A stretch of DNA of 64,000 nt, taken from assembly GCF_009914755.1 (NCBI RefSeq), contig NC_060927.1. One strand, 5' to 3'. The position numbers and the translations under genes are program-made. Shown one piece after another: positions 57,955-64,000 of the stretch. Each line of letters starts with the position of its first letter. Position 1 is the stretch's first letter. Source of the DNA: the human T2T-CHM13v2.0 reference genome, Homo sapiens. The notes under the pieces are model-generated. The model worked only from the letters and a program-made list of their open reading frames with translations, had not been told where the DNA came from and searched no databases.

Positions 57955-60900
57955 TAGTCCTACTTTTGCTATGTGGGCTCTTTTTTGGTTCCATATGAAT
58001 TTTAGAATTTTTTTTCTAATTTTGTGAAGAAAGACAGTGGTATTTTGATGGGGACTGCATTGAATTTATAGATTGCTTTTGGCCATATGGTCATTTTCAC
58101 AATATTGATTCTACCCGTCTATGCGCATGGGATGTGTTTTCATTTTTTTGTCTTGTCTATGATTTCTTTCAGTAATGTTTCATAGTTTTCCTTGTAGAGG
58201 TCTTTTCACTCCTTGGTTAGGTATATTCCTAAGCATTCTTTTTGCAGCTATTGTAAAAGGGGTTGAGTTCTTGATTTGATTTTCCACTTGTTCGCTGTTG
58301 ATGTATAGAAGAGCTACTGATTTGTGTACATTAATCTTATATCCATAAACTTTGCTGAATTTTTTCTCAGTTCTAGGAGCTTTCTGGAGAAGTTCTTAGG
58401 GTTTTCAAGGTAAACAGTCAGATCTTCAGCAAACAGTGATAATTTGACTTCCTCTTTACCAATTTGGATGCCCTTTATTTCTTTCTCTTGTCTGATTGCT
58501 CTGGCTAGAACTTCCAGTACTATGTTGAAGAGGGTTGCTGAGAGTGCGCATCCTTGTCCTGTTCCAGTTCTCATAGGGAATGCTTTCAATTTTTCCTCTT
58601 TCGGTATTATGTTGGCTGTGGTTTTTGTCATAGATGGCTTTTATTAATTAAGATATGTCCCTTGTATGTCTATTTTGCTGAGAGATTTAATTATAAAGGG
58701 AGGCTGAATTTTGTCAAATGCTTTTTCTGCATCTATTGAAATGATCATGTGATCTTTGTTTTTAATTCTGTTTATGTGGTGTATCACATTTATTGACTTG
58801 TGTATGTTAAACCATCCCTAAATCCCTGGTATGAAACCCACTTTGTCATGGTGGATTATCTTTTTGATATGTTGTTAGTTAGTATTTTGTTAAGTTAGTT
58901 AGTATTTTGTTAAGTTAGTTAGTATTTTGTTAAGAATTTTAGCATCAATGGTCATCAAAGATATCAGTCTGTAGTTTTCTTTTTCGGTTATGTCCTTTCC
59001 TGGTTTTGGTATTAGAGTGATGCTGGCTTCATAAAATATATTCGGGAGGGTTCCTTCTTTCTCTATCTTGTGGAATAGTGTCGAAAGGAATGGTGCCAAT
59101 TTTTTGAATGTCTGGTAAAATTCTGCTGTGAATCCATCTGCCCTGGACTTTCTTTTTTTTTTTTTTTGGTAATTTTTCAAATACCATTATTTCAATCTCA
59201 TTGCTTGTTATTGGTCTGTTCGGAGTATCTAACTCTTCCTAATCTAAGCTAGGAAGGTTATATTTTTCCAGGAATTTATCCATCTCTTCTAAGTTTTGTA
59301 GTTTATGTGCATAAAGGTGCTCATAGTAGCTTTGAATGATCTTTTGTATTTCAGTGATGTCAGTTGTAATATCCCATTTCACTTCTTAGTGAGGTTATTT
59401 GGATTTTCTCTCTTCTTTGCTTAATTAATCTTGCTAATAGTCTATCAATTTTATTTGTATTTTCAAATAACCAGCTTTTTTTTCATTTATATTTTGTATT
59501 GTCTTTTTTGTTTCAATTTCATTTAGTTCTACTCCGATCTTGGTAATTCCCTTTCTGCTGCTGGGTTTGGGTTTGCTTTGTTCTCGTTTCTCTAGTTCCT
59601 TGAGGTGTGACCTTAGAATGTCAGTTTTTGCTTTTCCAGTCTTCAAGATGTAGGTGCTTAGGGCTATGAACTTCCGTCTTAGTATCACCTTTGCTGTATC
59701 CCAGGGGTTTTGATAGGTTATATCACTACTGTCATTCAGTTCAAAGAATTTTTAAATTTCCATCTTGATTTCGTTTTTGGCCCAGTGCTCATTCAGGAAC
59801 AGGTTATTTAATAGATTAATCAGATTAATAGCAGATTTCTGGTTTGCATGGTTCTGAAGGTTCCTTTTGGAGTGAATTTCTCCAGTTTTATTCCACTGCA
59901 GTCTGAAAGAGTGCTTGATACAATTTCAATTTTCTTAAGCTTCTTGAGGCTTGTTTTATGGTCTATCATATGGACTATCTCGGAGAAAGTTCTATGCACT
60001 GTTGAGTAGAATATGTATTCTGCAGTTGTTGGATAAAAATGTTCTGTATACATCTGTGAAGTCCATTTGTTCCAAGGTATAGTTTAAATCCATTGTTTCT
60101 TTATTGACTTTCTGTCTTGATGAGCTGTCTAGTGCTGTCAGTGGAGTATTGAAGTCCCCAACTATTACTGTGTTGCTGTCTATCTAATTTCTTAGGTCTA
60201 TTAGTAATTCTTTTATAAACTTGGGATGTGCAGTGTTAGGTGCATATATGTTTAGGATTGTGATATTTTCCTGTTGGACAAGGCCTTTTACCATTATATA
60301 ATGTCCCTCATTCTCTCTTTTAACTGCTGTTGCTTTAAAAGTTTTTTTTGTCTAATAAAAGCATACTCTTTTGGTGTCCATTTGCATGAAATGCCTTGTT
60401 CTACCCCTTTACTTTAAGTTTATCTGAGTCCTTATGTGTTAGATGAGCTTCCCGAAGGCAGCAGATAGTTGGTTGGTGAGTTCTTATCCATTCTGTGGTT
60501 CTGTATCTTTTAAGCGGAGGATTTAGGCTGTTTACATTAAATGTTAGTATTGCAATATGAGGTACCATTGCATTCATTGTGCTCTTTGCTGCCTGTGTGC
60601 TTTTTCTGTTTTTGTGTTTTTGCTTTTTAACTTGTATTTTTGTTTTACAGGTCCTGTGTGATTTATGCTTTAAAGAGATTCTATTTTGATGTGTTTCTAG
60701 GATTATTTCAAGATTTAGAGCTCCTTTTAGTAGTGGTGGGTTGCTAATGGCAAATTCTCTCACCATTTGTTTGTCTGAAAAAGACTGTATCTTTCCTTCA
60801 TATATAATGCTTAGATTTGCTGGATATAAAATTCTTGGCTGATAATTGTTTTGTTTGAGGAGGCTGAAGATACAGCCCCAGTCCCTTCTAGCTTGTAGGG

Positions 60901-61342
60901 TTTCTGGCTCATAAATCTGCTATTAATCTGATAGGTTTTCCTTTGTTGATTACCTGGTGCTTCTGTCTCACAGCTCTTAGAAGCCTTTCCTCCACCTTAA
61001 CTTTGGATAACCTGATGACCATGTGCCTAGGTGAAAATCTTTTTGAAATGAATTTCCCAGGTGTTCTTTGTGCTTCTTGTATTTGGATGTCTAGGTCTCT
61101 AGCAAGGCCAGAAAAGATTTCCTCCAATATTCTCCTGAATATGTTTTCCAAGCTTTTAGAATTCTTTTCTTTCTCATGAACACTGGTTATTCTTAGGTTT
61201 GGTCTTTTAACATAATCCCAGACTTCTTGGAGGCTTTGTTCATATTTTCTTATTCTTTTTTCTTTGTCTTTGTTGGATTGGGTTAATTTGAAGACCTCGT
61301 CTTTGAGCTCTGCATTTCCTTCTTCTACTTATTCATTTCTAT
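56432..61342 (-). mobile_element. L1PB1-like, ending within ORF1
   Basis: PB1-type 3'UTR (catgagtaagttctttag...gtccccaaagtcc); ORF2 and ORF1 fragments (DLDIQIQEAQRTPGKF). Confidence 0.9.
58874..58933. repeat. Perfect 20 bp x3 tandem repeat
   Basis: gttagttagtattttgttaa occurs three times without mismatch. Confidence 0.97.
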
Positions 61343-62410
61343 AGACAAAGACCTCATGACTGAAACACCAAAAGCAATGGCAACAAAAGCCAAAATTGAC
61401 AAATGGGATCTAATTAAACTAAAGAGCTTCTGCACAGCAAAAGAAACTATCATCAGAGTGAACAGGCAACCTACAGAATGGTTTCAATCTATCCATCTGA
61501 CAAAGGGCTAATATCCAGAATCTATAAGGAATTTAAACAAGTTTACAAGAAAAAAACAAACAACCCCATCAAAAAGTGGGCAAAGGATATGAACAGACAG
61601 TTCTCAAAAGAAGACATTTATGCAGCCCACAAACATATGAAAAAAAGCTCATCACTGGTCATTAGAGAATTGCAAATCAAACCACAATGAGATACCATCT
61701 CACAACAGTTAGAATGGTGATCATTAAAAAGTCAGGAAACAACAGATGCTGGAGAGGATGTGGAGAATAGGAATGCTTTTACACTATTGGTGGGAGTGTA
61801 AATTAGTTCAACCATTGTGGAAGACAGTGTGGCAATTCCTCAAGGATCTAGAACCAGAAATACCATTTGCCCCAACAATCCCACTACTGGGTATATACTC
61901 AAAGGATTATAAATCATGCTACTATGAAGACACATGCACATGTATGTTTATTGCGGCACTATTCACAATAGCAAAGACTTGGAACCAACCCAAATGTCCA
62001 TCAATGATAGACTGGATAAAGAAAATGTGGCACATATACACCATGGAATACAATGCAGCCATAAAAAAAGGATGAGTTCATGTCCTTTACAGGGACATGG
62101 ATGAAGCTGGAAACCATCATTCTCAGCAAACCCACACAGGAACAGAAAACCAAACACTGCATGTTCTCTCTCATGAGTGAGATTTGAACAATGAGAACAC
62201 ATGGACACAGGGTGGGGAACATCACATACTGGGGCCTGTCAGGGGGTGTGGGGCTAGAGGAGAGACAGCATTAGAAGAAATACCTAATGTAGATGATGGG
62301 TTGATGGGTGCAGCAAACCACCATGGTACACATATGCTTATGTAACAAACCTGCATGTTCTGCACATGTATCCTAGAACATAAAGTATAATAAAAATTAT
62401 ATATAAAAAA
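61341..62410 (+). mobile_element. 5'-truncated L1PA (about PA7/8-like) 3' end
   Basis: ORF2 C-terminus ([32 protein letters not shown]), PA-type 3'UTR and taaagtataataaaaa tail. Confidence 0.92.
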
Positions 62411-64000
62411 TTTTTAAAACTGACTCAAGGTGAAATAGAAAATTTGATTAATCTATAAGAAGTAAAGAGATTGAATTTGTAATTAAAATACTTCCCATAA
62501 AGAAAAGCAGAACTCAAATGGTTTAACTGGTGATTTTTACCATGCATTTAAGAATTAATACCACTGTGTACAAACTTCTTCACAACCTAAAAAAGGTAAC
62601 GCATCCTAACTTATTCTATGAGGACAGTGTTCTTAATTAAGAAGACCTTATGAGCAACACACACACACACGTGCGCACACACACACACAAACCTACATAC
62701 TAACATCTCCTATAAATATAGATACAAAAGTCCGCAACAAAATACTAGAAACACAGAACCCACAACATATGGAAACATATCATTACTGAGTTGGATTTAT
62801 CCCAAAAATGTAAGGTTAGTTTTACATTCAAAAATTCATTATTACAATACACCTTAATAATATAATAAAGGACAAAAGCCACAAAAGCAACACTCATTAG
62901 TGAAAAACATTCAGAAAACTAGGAATAAAGTTGAACTTCCTCAATTTGATAAGAAAAAGGATCTATGAAAAGCTTATGGCTAGCATCATACTTAATGGTG
63001 AAAACTTACAGGATTTTCCCTAAGATCAGGGAAAAAAAGAGATATTCTCCTTACCACATCTTTTCAATGTCATACTAGAGGTGCTATGCAGGACAATTAG
63101 ACAAGAAAATGAAGTAAAAAGTAGGCAAATCGAAAAGAAAATGGTAAATCTATAATTGCAGAGTTATATAACCTTATATAAATTTCTAGGATTCCACTTA
63201 AAATTTACTAAAATTATTGAAGAAGTTCAGCAAGGTTACAGGTTACAAGATCAGTCTATAAAATTCAGCTGTATTTCTACACACTGGCAATAAATAATCC
63301 AAAAAAAAAACGAAAAACAATTTCACTTCCAGTAGTATGAAAAATAATAAAATACTTGGAAATAAACTTAATTAAAGAACTGTAAAATTTATAGTCTGAA
63401 AACCACAAAACAGTGTTGAAAGAAATTAAAGAAGACCTAAATAATTGGAAAGCCATTCCATGTTCAAGGATTGGAAGACGAAAATGGTTAAAATGGCAAT
63501 ACTCTCTAAATTGATCTACAAATTTATCACTATCTCTATCAAAACCCCAGTTGTAAAGCTAATTCCAAAATTTATTTGAAAATTTTACTATTCTCAGTCT
63601 CCAAATTCAAGAGACTGAGAATAGTAAAAATAATCTTGAAAAATAATTCTTCTTGAAAAAGAAGAACAAATTTGGACAACTCACACTTTTCAATTTCAAA
63701 ACTAACCACAAAGCTACAGCAATCAGGGAAGGGTACTACTGGCATAAGGATAAATATATAGCTCAATGGAATAATATTGAGGGCCCAACAATAAACCCTT
63801 ACATTTATGATCAATGGATTTTCAACAGGTATAAAACAATTCAGAGAGAGAATCATCTTTTGAGCAAATGATGCTGGGAGAACTGAATACTCACATTAAA
63901 GCTGGATTTCTTCTTCACATTATATACACAAACTAATCAAAATGGGTCAAATACATAAGTGTAAAAGCTAAAACTCTAAATCTCTTAGAAGAACATATAG

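Larger units (their letters stand above)
50170..64000 (+). mobile_element. Old L1M host element in pieces (~50170-51230, ~56075-56430, ~62410-64000) carrying three younger L1 insertions
   Basis: The ORF1 phrase gaaataatggctaaaa (ending ~51226) resumes as cccaaatttt...aaacataaatctaca (~56080). ORF2 resumes at ~62415. Confidence 0.7.

Noticed and set aside
58874-58933. CRISPR-like array (also considered 500-850 and 10868-10924)
   Set aside because: There are no unique spacers between conserved repeats and no cas genes, and the DNA is clearly primate.

Overview
This is primate (most likely human) non-coding DNA dominated by interspersed repeats: Alu J/S/Y, nested L1s of several ages, L2, MIR, MaLR and MER4-group LTRs, and hAT DNA transposons. 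I find no intact cellular gene and no intact retroelement ORF; the supplied ORFs are fragments of L1, Alu and ERV or low-complexity artefacts. The main elements are (i) a two-LTR, minus-strand HERV-E/Harlequin-type mosaic provirus (17579-25167) with a tRNA-Glu PBS, two unrelated env segments and an unusual LTR variant; (ii) a U6 snRNA/L1 chimeric retrocopy fused at the start of L1 ORF2 (26138-26556); and (iii) several local rearrangement scars, including a ~300 bp inverted templated copy of an Alu-L1 junction, a 20 bp inverted copy taken from ~1.1 kb away, tandem duplications with fold-back filler, and microhomology joins between L1s. One minus-strand exon candidate lies downstream of the provirus. 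I see no support for a new biological system. The most interesting signals are these rearrangement fossils and a testable LTR-driven transcript hypothesis. Repeat subfamily names come from remembered consensus sequences and need RepeatMasker/Dfam confirmation, and many boundaries are approximate.
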